Shown here piece after piece: positions 13,578 to 26,164 of a stretch of 64,000 bases of DNA; the first letter of the stretch is position 1, and every line of letters begins with the position of its first letter. Source of the DNA: Mobula hypostoma (Eukaryota). The position numbers and the translations under genes were made by a program. The stretch covers positions 80,416,001 to 80,480,000 of the forward strand of contig NC_086097.1 in NCBI RefSeq assembly GCF_963921235.1. The letters are read 5' to 3'. Below the pieces are notes generated by a model. That model ran no database searches and was not told the origin of the DNA. It saw only the letters and a list, made by a program, of their open reading frames with translations.

Positions 13578-14060
13578 GGTTAACGTATGAATAGTGTTTG
13601 ATAGCTCTGATCCTTTACCTACTGATGTTTAAAGAAGGAGTGGGGGTGGGGAAAGAGGGATTTCATTGAAACCTATTGAACATTGAAAGGCCTAGATAGA
13701 GTGCATGTGGAGAAGATGTTTCATATAATGGAGAAGTCTAGGACCAGAGAGTACAGCCACAGGTTAGGACATCCCTTTAGAACAGAAATGAGAAGGAATT
13801 TATTTAGTTACAGGGTAGTGAATCTGTGGAATTCGTTGTCACAGATGGCTGTGGAGGCCAAACCATTCGCTGTACTTAAAGTGGAGGTTGATAGATTCTT
13901 GATTAGTAAGGATATCACAGGTTACAGGGAGAAGGAAGAAGAATGTCCTTGAAGGGGGTAATAAATCAGCCATGATGAAAATGCTTGTGGAGCTTAATGA
14001 GCCAAATGGCCAAATTCTGCCCCTATGTCTTCTGGTTTTATTTCATGACCTCACTGCTAA

Positions 14061-14421
14061 CGTCACGGCATGCTCACAAAGGACTGGACCTAGGTCGTAG
14101 AGGAACGGCAGGATCCCCAGGAAAAGACAGAAACAGAAGGTTAAACATTGGAATCAGAGCCTCAGTGGAACAACTGAGCAACACCACAAGGTAATTCATC
14201 CTTTCCAACACAATGACCCGACTAAAGCACTGAATGGGAGTGGAGTCCTCTTTAAATAATCATAAAATCCAGGAAACATGTGTCAGCCACAATTAACCTG
14301 ACAAAGTTAAACCGAAAATGCAAGGGCTTACCAACTCTAGTTAAGATATTGATTAGTAAACACAGGTGCTCAAAAACTCTGGAAGCTCAACTGTCTATGG
14401 CAAGCCACAGGGCTCTTGACA
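14061..14421. mobile_element. Solo LTR (361 bp)
   Basis: Ends CGTCA (TGTCA-like)...TGACA. 5-bp TSD GCTAA at 14056-14060 and 14422-14426. Confidence 0.65.
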
Positions 14422-14774
14422 GCTAATGGGTGTAGTCAAATTGGGTGGGAATTTATTGAATGATTTTGAACTGTATCCTTGGGCAAGATTTACCTGAACA
14501 AGTTTCCACTTCATTGGGTAGATGTCTGCATTGTTTTGTACTGGCATAGCTTGGCTAGGGGCTCAGCTACAGCTTGAGTGAGGATTTTCAGCTCTGCCAT
14601 TTGGACGTTGCCTGGTCCCGCCGATGATTTGTATCCCGTGTCCATATCCATTTCTTGTTATCACACCCATTGAGTCAAATTTGCTGTTGACTGGTTCTCA
14701 TGCTGATGTGGATGCTAGGAGGAAGTTAAGATGAGCCATTTGGCTCTTTTGGCTGGAGATGGCAGTAAATATTT

Positions 14775-14995
14775 CATAGAGTCAGAGAGCACGACAGCAC
14801 AGAAACATGTGCTTCAGCGCATGCTAAACTGTTACTCTGCCTAATCCCATTGCCCAGTACTTGGACCATAGCCCTCCATATCCTTCCATCCATGTACTCA
14901 TCCAAACTTCTCCTAAATCTTGCATTCGAACCTGCATCCGTCTCTTTTGGAGGCATGCATCCCATGCTCTCACGGTCCTTCCAGTGAAGAAGTTT
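14775..14995 (-). mobile_element. Old CR1 3' fragment
   Basis: FRRSLDEYMD-like CR1 C-terminus plus 3' UTR. Confidence 0.55.
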
Positions 14996-15576
14996 TTTTA
15001 AAATTTTGACAATGAAGTTTGTCTTGTCTCTTCTTCCTGGCTCAGAAGGACATAGGAATGGTCTTAAAAATCAGAACATTAGTTTTTGGGTGGAGTAAGA
15101 TAGCAGACCTTTGATCATAGCTGTTGGTTCTGAGATTGCTTTTCACTGCTGATTAATATGATAAGTGATCATGTATTGGAGTTTGTCATAACAGCTGCTG
15201 TCCCTGGCATATCCTTCTATGCTGCATTGAATGACAATTGGTCCTTAAGTTTTCTAGGAATGGTAGAATAAGGGACATACAGTAGAAGGAAAAAAGGTTG
15301 CAGATAGGGGTGGGGTTCCTACTGCTCCTCATAGCCTACAGTGCATCATAGAAGCCCAGTTCTGAATCAGCCCCATTTAGCATGGTGGCAATGCTATGCA
15401 ACAGAATGGTGGGAAAGTGGGAATTTCTCTCTTTAGGACTGTGTGGTAGTCTCTCCTACCAAACTGTCATGGACAAGATGCATTTGTGACAGTTAGGTCA
15501 ATCAGATCTCTCCCTGTCAGGAAATGTAGAAGAGGCATGACCCAAAAACAGAGATGGAGATCATTATAGCAGTAAA

Positions 15577-16064
15577 TAGAAACATAGAAACATAGAAAAT
15601 AGGTGCAGGAGTAGGCCATTCGGCCCTTCGAGCCTGCACCGCCATTTATTATGATCATGGCTGATCATCCAACTCAGAACCCAGCCTTCCCTCCATACCC
15701 CGTGACCCCTGTAGCCACAAGGGCCATATCTAACTTCCTTTTAAACATAGCTAATGAACTGGCCTCAACAGTTTGCTGTGGCAGAGAATTCCACAGATTC
15801 ACCACTCTCTGTGTGAAGAAGTTTTTCCTAACCTCGGTCCTAAAAGGCTTCCCCTCTATCCTCAAACTGTGACCCCTCGTTCTAGACCTCCCCAACATCG
15901 GGAACAATCTTCCCGCATCTAGCCTGTCCAATCCCTTTAGGATCTTATACGTTTCAATCAGATCCCCCCTCAATCTTCTAAATTCCAACGAGTACAAGCC
16001 CAGTTCATCCAGTCTTTCTTCATATGAAAGACCTGCCATCCCAGGAATCAATCTGGTGAACCTT
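15577..16064 (-). mobile_element. Young CR1 3' fragment inserted in the Gypsy 3' LTR
   Basis: ORF 15674-16177 (RFTRLIPGM...RVVNLWNSLP). (CATAGAAA)n tail. Very similar to 55735-56225. Confidence 0.9.
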
Positions 16065-18320
16065 AATGATACTTTACTAATAAACTGCACAATAACAAGC
16101 TGCAAGGGGCTACAAAACAAGATGGGACAGATACTTAACTCGACAAGGCAGTAATGCAACTGAAGGCTAGGGAGCAATTGGTTCGTATGAGTGAACCAAA
16201 GACTGTGGATGAGAGCTGGGTTTCAATAGGCTGCAGGTGATGAGTTGGAAATGAGTGGAGGTGACTCTTGTTAGCTGGGTGGAAACTGGGAGGTGCCCGC
16301 CTGTGCAGGCATAACAGGACCCCCTTGCCCCACTAATGATTGAACCCAGCAGCACAGGATGATTCAAATGGGTCCAGTGGAACTCCTTGATGAGCGATAG
16401 ATCCAAGATGAAACTGGGTAGTGCCCAAAACCTCTCCCCTGGGTACTGCACATACCGTCTATGATGCCGTCTACCCATCTACTGGTAAAACACGTAGACT
16501 GGTCCAGCTTCCAACATCCTTGGTTCTTGAGGTGCCAGCTCAGGTGGGTTGAATGGTGTATGGACATCGGGCATGCGGAAGGTAGGTGCGATCCTGAGGG
16601 ATCGCAGTAGCTGTAGATGGTAAGTGACTGGGTTGATGTGAAGGGCATATCTTAAAGGAGCCAATGAACTGGTGTGAGCACTTGCAAGAGTCGATGCGCA
16701 GGATCAGCTCTCAGGTGGACAGCCAGACATGGTTCCCAAACCAGAGTAGTTTGGCTTTGTGTAGACAGCAGTTAACCTGGCAGAAGTAGACACCTTAAGC
16801 AGCTCGGATGACCATCCGTGCCCTCTTCCAAGCATTCCAGCATCAGTGAACCAGGGTGCTGGTGGCAGGATCTCCACTGTTGGCTCCTCTACAGGGAACA
16901 CAGGGGTTGGTAACCAAGAAGCACTTCAAAGGGTGAGATATCTGTGGCAGAGGAGGTGTTTGGATTGTCTGGCCCAGAGCAGATACTTCTTCAAAGTGGA
17001 ATGTTTCGAGGATGCGAAGCATCACAAAAACTTCTCCACTTGCCGATTGGCTCTGTCTGATTGACCATTGGTTTGCGGATGATAGCCAGAGGACAAATTC
17101 ACTGAGGTGTAGAGGAGGGAGTGGAATGCTTACCAGAAGCAGGAGACCAATTGTGGGCCCCTGTCCAACACAATGTCCTGAGGGAAACTGTGGAGGCAAA
17201 CTACACGTTGGAAAACTAGGTCTGATGGAAGTTCAGGGAGGTAAATGAAGTGGGCCACCTTGGAGAACCAGTCCACCACTGTTATGATCACTGCTGCCCC
17301 ATCAGAAGGTGGCAAGTCTGTGATGAAATCCATAGCGATGTGGGACCATGGGTGTCAAGGGACAGGAGCCCCCTACCAGAGGTATTTGCAGGAATTGGAC
17401 TGGGCACATTGAGAGCAGGCAGCGACAAACTGAGGTACACCTGTGATCGTGGTGGGTCACTAGAGCCGGTGCTGTAGAAAATCCAGAGCTGTCAAGCAAT
17501 GAATGGCCGAAGAGGGGAGAAGAGTTGTCACACTGGAGTGCCTCAGAATGCACGGCTGCTGGCAGGCTCATGCGGTTATCTTGTGTCAGCCAGAGCAGGC
17601 TCCTGCTTTAGGGCCTAGCGAATCTGGTTCTCAAGATTCCAGATGATCAGGGTGAGGATCTTTGAGGATGGAATGATGAGCTGAGGGCCAATCTCCTTTT
17701 TAGCTGGATTGAACTATCATGACAGGGTGATGACTTAGTGTTCTTTGAACTGGATCAGTAGGAGATGGTGAAGTTGAATTGCAATAAGAAGAGGGCCCAG
17801 TGAGCCTGAGTTGGCGGGTCTGTTGCATGGATATGAGGTTCTGGTGGTCAGTCAGATCAGGAAGGGCTCGATGTTCCCCATCAGCCAACATCTCCTTTCC
17901 TCCAAGGCCCACTTAATGGTGAGTAGCTCCCTGCCTCCTACTCCATTTTGGTGCTGTATAGATTTGATCATGCGGGGAAGAAGGCACAAGGGTGTGTCTT
18001 CTTGTTCAGTCCTCACTGAGAGAGGATGTTCCCAGCACCCATGTCGGATGTATCCACCTCTACCACAAAAGGTCTGGAAGGGTTTGGACCATGGAGAATG
18101 GGAGCAGTGGTGAAGTATCTTTTGAGCTCCTTGAAAGCGTGGTCCGCTGCAGAGACCGGGTTATCAGTGAGGTTGGTGAAGAACATGTGAGGAGCAGTGA
18201 TTTGGCTGTAGCTACTGATGAAACGGTGATAGAAGTTGCAGAAGTCCATGAAGCACTGTAGTTATTTGAGGGAGCATGATCAGGGCCATTTAACAAGAGC
18301 ATGCACTTTCTCTGGGTGCA

Positions 18321-18697
18321 TTGAATTGAAATTGAACTGAATTGACTTTACTTCTTACATCCTTCACATACATGAGGAGTAAAAATCTTTATGATACGTC
18401 TCTGCCTAAATGTGCAATCACAGTAATTTATAATAAATAAATGTCAGATGTAAGTCAATATAACACAGAAATACACTCAAATCAGCGTGAGTTAATCAGT
18501 CTGATGGCCTGGTGGAAGAAACTGTCCTGGAGCCTGTTGGTCCTGGTTTTTATGCTGCAGTACCATTTCCTGAATGGTAACAGCTGGAACAGTCTATGGT
18601 TGGGGTGACTCGGGTCCCCAATGATCCTTTGGGCCCTTTTTTCATACCTGTCTTTGTAAATGTCCTGAAACATGGGAAGTTCACAACTACAGATGCA
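18321..18697 (-). mobile_element. Rex1/Babar LINE 3' fragment inside the Gypsy pol
   Basis: RAQRIIGDPSHPNHRLFQLLP...RTNRLQDSFFHQAIRLIN, with a (TTGAA)n-like tail. Confidence 0.75.
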
Positions 18698-19920
18698 CTG
18701 GGTTATGCCCTGGGGTGAAAGGATGTAACCCATCAAGGAAATGACCGGGGTATGGAACTGGCATTTTTCTAACTTGCAGTGCAGTTGGTTTTCAAGGAGA
18801 TGCTGAAGGACTAAACGGCGTGACAGACATGGTCTTGGGGGTCCTCGGAGAAGATGAGGATGTCATCGAGGTTAACAAACACATACCTGTGTGCATGTCT
18901 CGAGGTTTCTCATCGTTGATGGCTTGCAAAATGGTTGGACTGTTGCAAAGTCTGAAAGGCATCACCAAGTATTCATAGTGGCCAGTGGGCGTTATGAACG
19001 TCGTCCTCCACTCATCCCCCTGTTGGATGCGGATCAGAGTGCACACACACCATAGATCCATTTTGGCGAAGATCTGGACCCCACGGAGTGTTTCAAATGC
19101 GCTATCAAGTTTTCGGGTAGTGGTTCTTAATAGTGATTTTGTTGAGCCCACGGTAGACAATGCAGGCATGAAGACTCCCCATCTTGCTTTTTAACAATGA
19201 AGAAGCCTGGGGACAGGGATGGTGGATTAAAGCCATGCCGTAGTACTCATGGCTTAGGTCTCGGGAGGGGAGAGAGTACAGACGATCTTGGGGAGTGGTG
19301 GTGCCCAGGAGGAAGGTCGATTGAACAGTCGTGTGGTCTGTGAGGTAGCAGGCTGCTGGTTCCCTTCCACTGAAGGCGATGGCTAAGTCATGGTATTCAT
19401 GTGTGAATTTGCTGAGGTCAAGAGTTCCCTCTGTTTCCATGGATTTACAGGGTGAAGCCAGCTGAGGTTGTAGTCAGGAGGTTCGGTACGTGAGTCCCCA
19501 ACTCAACAATGAACCAGATGACCAGGTGAAGTGAGGGTCATGATGAAGAGTCAGGTGTAACCCAAGACGAGAGGAATGTTAAGTGAGTTGATAAGGAATT
19601 GGAGGGGATTGCAATGGTCTCTGATGCTGATGTGCACAGGCCATGTGCTTGCTCTAACCATCCCAAACCCCAACAGATGTCCATCGATGGCCATTTTGCA
19701 AAATGAGTGAGAGATAGGGTTGGTAGGGAGTCCAAGCTGCACACAAGACTCCAGTCCAGAAAATTTCCTGCTGCTCCAAAATCCACCAGAACCTCCTGTG
19801 TACGTGCAGCCGTTAGGGTGTGGAGGAGGATAAAGAAAGTGAGTCAGGCTCTCATGCTGGAATGAGAGCTTGGGAAGAGCTTACCAGACAGAAGACCCCT
19901 CATCTCTACATGGTGGTAAC

Positions 19921-20025
19921 GCACACAAATTGCTGGAGGAAATCAGCGGGCCAGGCAGCATCTAAGAAAAGAGAACAGTCAATGTGTTGCTCAGATTTCC
20001 AGCATCTGCAGATTTTCTCTTGTTT
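19921..20025. repeat. Penelope-like hairpin family fragment
   Basis: CACACAAATTGCTGGAGGAA..CAGCATCT and TTCCAGCATCTGCAGA motifs shared with the copies at 13440 and 45927. Confidence 0.55.
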
Positions 20026-21294
20026 TCTTCATGGTGGTGCTGTTTTTCCAGATGCGGTGAGCATTTGATGCCTGGGTGATCTGCGGCTCCATTGTAAGCA
20101 TACAAGTTGTTTCTCCACTGATGCTCACGCTCTTTGGATAGAGTTGAGGGAACTCTCCCTAACTGTGTGGGTTCTGCAGTCTGAAATGGTTCTGCGACTG
20201 GAACTGGGGTTCTGGCTAATGATTTGGAAGGTCATTCCATAGATGCTTGTCAACTCAGAGGGCCAGAGTGAAGAGACTTTCAAGGTCAGTGGTCATCTCC
20301 TGGGTAGACAGCTTGTCTTTCAAATGCTCTGAGAGGTCGTGACAGTGATGGGCCAGCAGCGCTTCAGCATTCCAGTCACACTCTGTTGCGAGGTCTCTGA
20401 ATTTCACAGAGTAATTCAGCCCCAAGAGTGAGCCTTGACACATGTGAAGTATCCAATCTGTTGCCCCCTCTCCTCTTCTCAGCTAGCTGGTGCATCTCAG
20501 CGGTGAATTCCTCATCTTTATTGCAAATGGTGGTTTTATTGTCCCATTTAGCAGCTGCCCAGTTCAGAGTTCGTCCAGTCAAGAGAGAGATGACGAAGGT
20601 AATCTTGGCTTGGTCTGTGGAGATACAGAGATGGTTGGACCTCTAAGTGTAAGACACACAGGGAGAGAAAGTTGTGTTATCAGACTCAAGATCCATTAAA
20701 GCTTTTGGCACCAGAATCTTGTTCTCCAAGGAAGGAGGTTGACTGGAGTGGGGTTGCTGTATCAAGACAGAGTTGTTTGAGAGTAACGAGGAAATGGTCA
20801 ATGGTTTCCTGCTGCTTTGAGATTGTGTGCTCCTGTTGATGATGGCTTCCTTTAAGCAAGCATACTCTGCGGGGTCAATCATTGGTTCACCCATCCTGTC
20901 CAGAAATGTAAAGGATGCTTGACCCAAAAGCAGCGCAGTGAGGACAATTTTAGCAGTAAATGGCATTTTACTTATAAATGACAAAATAACATCCACAAAT
21001 AGCTACAAAACAAGAGCAAACAGGTACTTAACACTTTAAGCCAGCAAGGTAACTGAAGGCTGGGAGCAACTGGCTGGTTCAAAGGGCAGAGCTGGGTTTA
21101 AATAGGCTGCAGGTGACGAGCAGCAGGTGACTCCTGTTAGCTGGGGTGGAGACTGGAAAGTGCCTGCTTGTGCAGACCTGACAATCCCTTGTTTGTTTCA
21201 CACACCATCTATTGAAGATCACCTCTGGCAACTCTATGCTTCAGGAAGTGGCTAGCTCAGTGATAGCTCTTCAAATCACTCTCTGCACAGGGGA

Positions 21295-21478
21295 TTTATT
21301 TATTTATTTCGAGCTAGAAGACAATAACAGGCCTCTCTAGCCCAACAAGCCCATACCTCACAATTACACCTATGCAACTATTTAACCTACTAACCTATAT
21401 ATCTTTGGAATGTGTGAGAAAACTGGAGCACCCAGAGAAAACCCACATGGTCACAGGGAGAATATATAAACTCCTCCA
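21295..21478 (-). mobile_element. V-SINE fragment
   Basis: AAACTGGAGCACCCAGAGAAAACCCACATGGTCACAGGGAGAA is the reverse complement of the V-domain seen at ~51710-51760. Confidence 0.6.
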
Positions 21479-22674
21479 CCCTGGGTACATTCTGTATATT
21501 TTCTGTTTTCAGTACTTCTCCAAAACATTATTCAATATGAAGGAGAAATACCTATTCATCAGTTGATGGTGGACAATAATCACCAGGTGGTCTCCTTTCC
21601 TGTGCTTGGCTGTTGTTATGAAGCATCTAAGGCCTTCAGAGGCAATGTTGAGAATTTTCAGCACTATTCTTTCCTGCTTTATATCACCTTTGGTGGATCT
21701 GTCCTACTGTTGAGATAGACCATTTCCACAGCTTGTGATGGAGGATACTCACCGAGATCTTTGAGAGTCTAACATAACTTCTGGTCAATACGGTGCCTGC
21801 ATACAACACTTCTTTGGTCACCATCTTCTGGATAGATTAGGAAGCCATATTTCACTGCTTTTATGCCTTTTACATTAGTTTCTTTTCATCTTAGATGTGA
21901 TTCTGGAGCTGCTGGAGCCTGTGAATTGCTGTTTAGAGATTGTTTGGGTATTTCAGTGCTCTGCAGACTCAGCGGATTCCAGAAGACGAGAAACAGCATG
22001 AGCAAACCTCATGGGGGGCAGGCTGCGGGATGGGCGCAAGCCGATGTTTGACTCCATTCCGCTGATTAAAGTGATGAGGGAGATTGGAAGTTTAAGACAA
22101 ATACAGAAGGTGAGCACTGGCTGCCAGTCTTTTGATCGCTCTGCTACCGGAGAGGGGGAGCCTGCCTTTGTTCCCAGAGAAAGTCACCAGGTTTTCAGCA
22201 GTTTGGATATGGACTTAGATGATAGACTTTTTTCAGTCTCGTTTTTTTTTATATTCTGTGTTTTTCACCTGGTCATTCTCATTGTTCTTGTGTGGGGAGG
22301 GGAATTTGGGGGTCAATGTGTCTGTTCCAGTTTGTTCATGTTTTTGTGTGGGAGGAATGATTTGGGGGTTGATGATCTTGCTGCCATTCTTTTATTTCTT
22401 GGTTTCATGGCTATCTGGAGAAGAAGAATTTCAGGGTTGTATACTTTGATAATAAATTAACATTTGAACCTTTGCAAGGCAGATGGGGGGAGGGTGGTTG
22501 GTGGATGGGTCCTGTTTCCATGACCTCATTTGTTGTCCAATGTGAAGTTAGAGGTCCAGTTGGCTTCGTTCTTCATTTTAATACAGCATTTTTGATGCAA
22601 TTCAAAATCTTGTTCTACTCTTTCTGGAGGCTGGTTAAGAATTAACCACATTACTACAGTTCTGAATTCACTCA

Positions 22675-25600
22675 TAGAAACATAGAAAATCTACAGCACA
22701 ATACAGGCCCTTCGGCCCACAAAGTTATGCCAAACATGTCCATACCTTAGAGCTACCTAGGCTTTACCCATAGCCCTTTATTTTTCTAAGCTCCAGGAGT
22801 TTCTTAAAAGACCCTATTATTTCTGCCTCCGCCACTGCTGCTGGCAGCCCATTCCACGCACTCACCACCCTCTGCGTAAAAAAAAACTTACCCCTGACAT
22901 CTTCTCTGTACCTACTTCCAAGAACCTTAAAACTATGCCCTCTCATGCTAGCCATTTCAGCTCTGGGGCAAAGCCTCTGACTATCCACATGATCAATGCC
23001 TCTCATTATCTTGTACACCTCTATCAGGTCACCTCTCATCTTCTGTCGCTCCAAGGAGAAAAGGCCGAGTTCATTCAACCTATTCTCATAAGGCATGCTC
23101 CCCAATCCAGGTAACATCCTTGTAAATCTCCTCTGCACCCTTTCTATGGTTTCCACGTCCTTCCTGTAGTGAGGCAATCAGAATTGAGCATATTACTCCA
23201 AGTGGGGTCTGACCAGGGTCCTATATAGCTGCAACATTACCTCTCGGCTCTTAAACTCAATTCCACGATTGATGAAGGCCAATACATCGTGTGCCTTCTT
23301 AACCATAGAGACAACTTGTGTAGCAGCTTTGAGAGTCCTGTGGACTCGGACCCCAAGATCCCTCTGATCCTCCACACTGCCAAGAGTCTTACCATTAATA
23401 CTATATACTGCCATCATATTAGACCTACCAAAATGAACCATCTCACGTTTAAATAGGTTGAACTCAATTTGCCACTTCTCAGCCCAATTTTTCATCCTAT
23501 CACTGTCCCATTGTAACATCTGACAGCCCTCCACACTATCAACAACACCCCCAACCTTTGTGTCATCAGCAAATTTACTAACTCATCCCTCCACTTCCTC
23601 ATCCAAGTCATTTATAAAAACCACAAAGAGTAGGGGTCCCAGAACAGATCCCTGAGACACACCACTGGTCACCGACCTCCATGCAGAATATGACCCATAA
23701 ACAACCACTCTTTGCCTCCTGTGGGCAAGCCAGTTCTGGATCCACAAAGCAATGTCCCCTTGGATCTCATGCCTCCTAAGTTTCGCAAAAAGCCTTACAT
23801 GGCATACCTTATCAAATGCCTTGCTAAAATGCGTATACACTACATCTACTGCTCTACCTTCATCAATATCTTATCCTCTTGCTCTTCACAAACTTGCAGA
23901 ATGCCTTGGGATTTTCCTTAATCCTGTCTGCCAATGCCTTCTCATGGCCCCTTCTGGCTCTCCTAATTTCATTCTTAAACTCCTTCCTGCAAGCCTTATA
24001 ATCTTCTAGATTCTTATCATTACCTAGTTTTTTGAACCTTTCGTAAGCGCTTCTTTTCTTATGACGAGATTTACAACAGCCTTTGTACATCACTGATCTT
24101 GTACCCCACTATCCTTTCCATGTCTCGTTGGAATGTACCTAATGAGAACCCCACGCAAATATCCCCTGAACATTTGCCACATTTCTTCCATGCATTTCCC
24201 TGAGAACATCTGTTTCCAATTTATGCCTCCAAGTTCCTGCCTGATAGCCTCATATTTCCCCTTACTCCAATTAAACATATCCCTAACTTATCTGTTCGTA
24301 TCCCTCTAATGCTATGGTAAAGGAGATAGAATTGTGATCACTATCTCCAAAATGCTCTCCCACTGAGAGACCTGAAACCTGATACCTGACCAGGTTCATT
24401 TCCCAATACCAGATCAAGTACAGCCTCTCCTCTTGTAGGCTTATCTACATATTGTGTTAAGAAACCTTCCTGAACACACCTCACAAGCTCTACCCCATCT
24501 AAATCCCTCACTCTAGGGAGATGACAATCAATACTTGGGAAATTAAAATCTCCCACCAGAACAACCCTATTATTATTACTCTTTTCCAGAATCTGTCTCC
24601 CTATCTGCTTCTCGATGTCCCTGTTACTATTGGGTGGTCTATAAAAAACACCCAGTAGAGTTATTGACCCCTTCCTATTCCTAACTTCCACCCACACATA
24701 CTCCGTAGACAACCCCTCCATGACTTTCTCTTTCTCTGCAGCTGTGACACTAGCTCTGATCAACAGTGCCACGCCCCCACCTCTTTTGTCTCTCTCCCTA
24801 CCCTTTCTGAAACACCTAAAACCTGGCACTTGAAGTAGCCATTCCTGCCCCTGCACCATCCAAGTAATGGGCATAACATCATAGCTCCAAGTGCTGATCC
24901 ATGCTCTAAGCTCATCTGCTTTATTCATAATACTCCTCGCATTAAAATAGACACATCTCAAACCATTAGACTGAGCGTGTCCCTTCTCTATTGCCTGCCT
25001 ATCCTCCCTTTCGCACTGTCTCCAAGCTTTCTCTGTTTGTTAGCCAACCTCCCTTTCCTCCGTCACTTCAGTTCAGTTCCCACCTCCCAGCAATTCTAGT
25101 TTAAACTCTTCCTAACAGCCTTAGCAAACCTTCCTGCCAGGATATTTGTCCTCCTCGGATTCAAGTGCAACCCATCCTTTTTGTACAGGTCACACCTGCC
25201 CCAGAAGAGGTCCCAATGATCCAGAAATCTGAATCCCTGCCCCCTGCTCCAATCCCTCAGCCACGCATTTATCCTCCTCTTCATTCTATTCCTATACTCA
25301 CTGTCACGTGGCAGAGGCAGTAATCCCGAGGTGACTTCCTTTGAGGTCCTGCTTCTCAACTTCTTTCCTAACTCCCTGTAGTCTGTTTTCAGGACCTCCT
25401 CCCTTTTCCTACCTATGTCGTTGGTACCAATATGTACCACGACCTCTGTCTGTTCTCCTTCCCACTTTAAGATATTGTGGACGCGATCAGAAACATCCCG
25501 GACCCTGGCAGCTGGGAGTCAAACTACCATCCATGTTTCATTCCTGCGTCCGCAGAATCGCCTATCTGACCCTCTTACTATAGAGTTCCCTATCACTGCT

Positions 25601-26110
25601 GCCATCCTCTTCCTTTCCCTACCCTTCTGAGCCACAGGGCTAGACTCTGTGCCAGAGGCATGACCATTGTTGCTTCCCCCAGGTAGGCCGTCCCCCCAGC
25701 AGTACTCAAGCAGGAATATTTATTGTTAAGGGGGACAGCCACTGGGGTACTCTCTAGTACCTGCTTCTTGCCCTTCCCTCTCCTGACTGTTACCCTCTTC
25801 TCTGTCTTCTGTGGTCCTGGACTGACTACCTGCCTTTAGCTCCTCTCTATCACCTCCTCACTCTCCCTGACCAGACGAAGGTCATCAAGCTGCGTCTCCA
25901 GCTCCTTAACGCAGTCTCTAAGGAGCTGCAGCTCGACGCACCTGGTACAGATGTGGTCGTCCAGGAGGTCGGGAGTCTCCAGGACCTCCCACATCTGACA
26001 CCGAGCACAGAACACCGGCCTCACGCACATACTTTCTGTCTTTATTTTAAACAGGTAACTTACCTGGTCTCGGCCCTTTATCGTCGATGCCCCATTGAGC
26101 CATCGTTTGC
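22675..26110 (-). mobile_element. Near full-length CR1 LINE with ORF1 (zinc finger + SGNH esterase) and a decayed, internally deleted ORF2
   Basis: ORF1: CARCQMWEV..HICTRC (25836-26030) and HIGTNDIG..DGLHLN (25096-25440). EN: YFNARS, GVFYRPP, GDFN (24341-24961). RT pieces at 23193-23840; (CATAGAA)n tail at 22675. Confidence 0.9.
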
Positions 26111-26164
26111 AGTTCCAGTGTAACAGCTCAGTTACAAACTAAAGGATACAAAATGAAAGATGTG

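Larger units (their letters stand above)
5770..14040 (+). mobile_element. Degenerate CR1 LINE (EN + RT) hosting several nested insertions
   Basis: EN pieces at 5854-6410 (IESLWVELRN, GVIY), linker at 7905-8547, GPDG/NYR..SLTS at 10730-11075, RT at 12539-13350 (DLQKDFDKVPH, FADD), and a C-terminus/3' UTR to ~14040. The pieces are collinear once the inserts are removed. Confidence 0.8.
15515..21183 (-). mobile_element. Degenerate full-length Ty3/Gypsy (sushi-like chromovirus) LTR retrotransposon
   Basis: Diverged LTRs at 15515-16316 (split by a CR1) and 20897-21183, with TGTC...ACA ends and near-TSD CTCCC/ATCCC. PPT next to 16317. Internal fragments: gag (20255-20880), protease DFGAAGNF (~19780), RT GDEWRTTFITPTGHYEYLVMPF (~18950-19025), RNase H PFVVEVDTSDMGAG (18013-18249), integrase [19 protein letters not shown] (17130-17333), and a chromodomain-like remnant near 16380-16480. 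Confidence 0.85.

Noticed and set aside
21770..22475. ORFs 22011-22460 and 22219-22449
   Set aside because: T/G-rich composition with an AATAAA..TTTGAAC tail suggests a non-autonomous retroposon; no protein homology recognised and the family could not be assigned.
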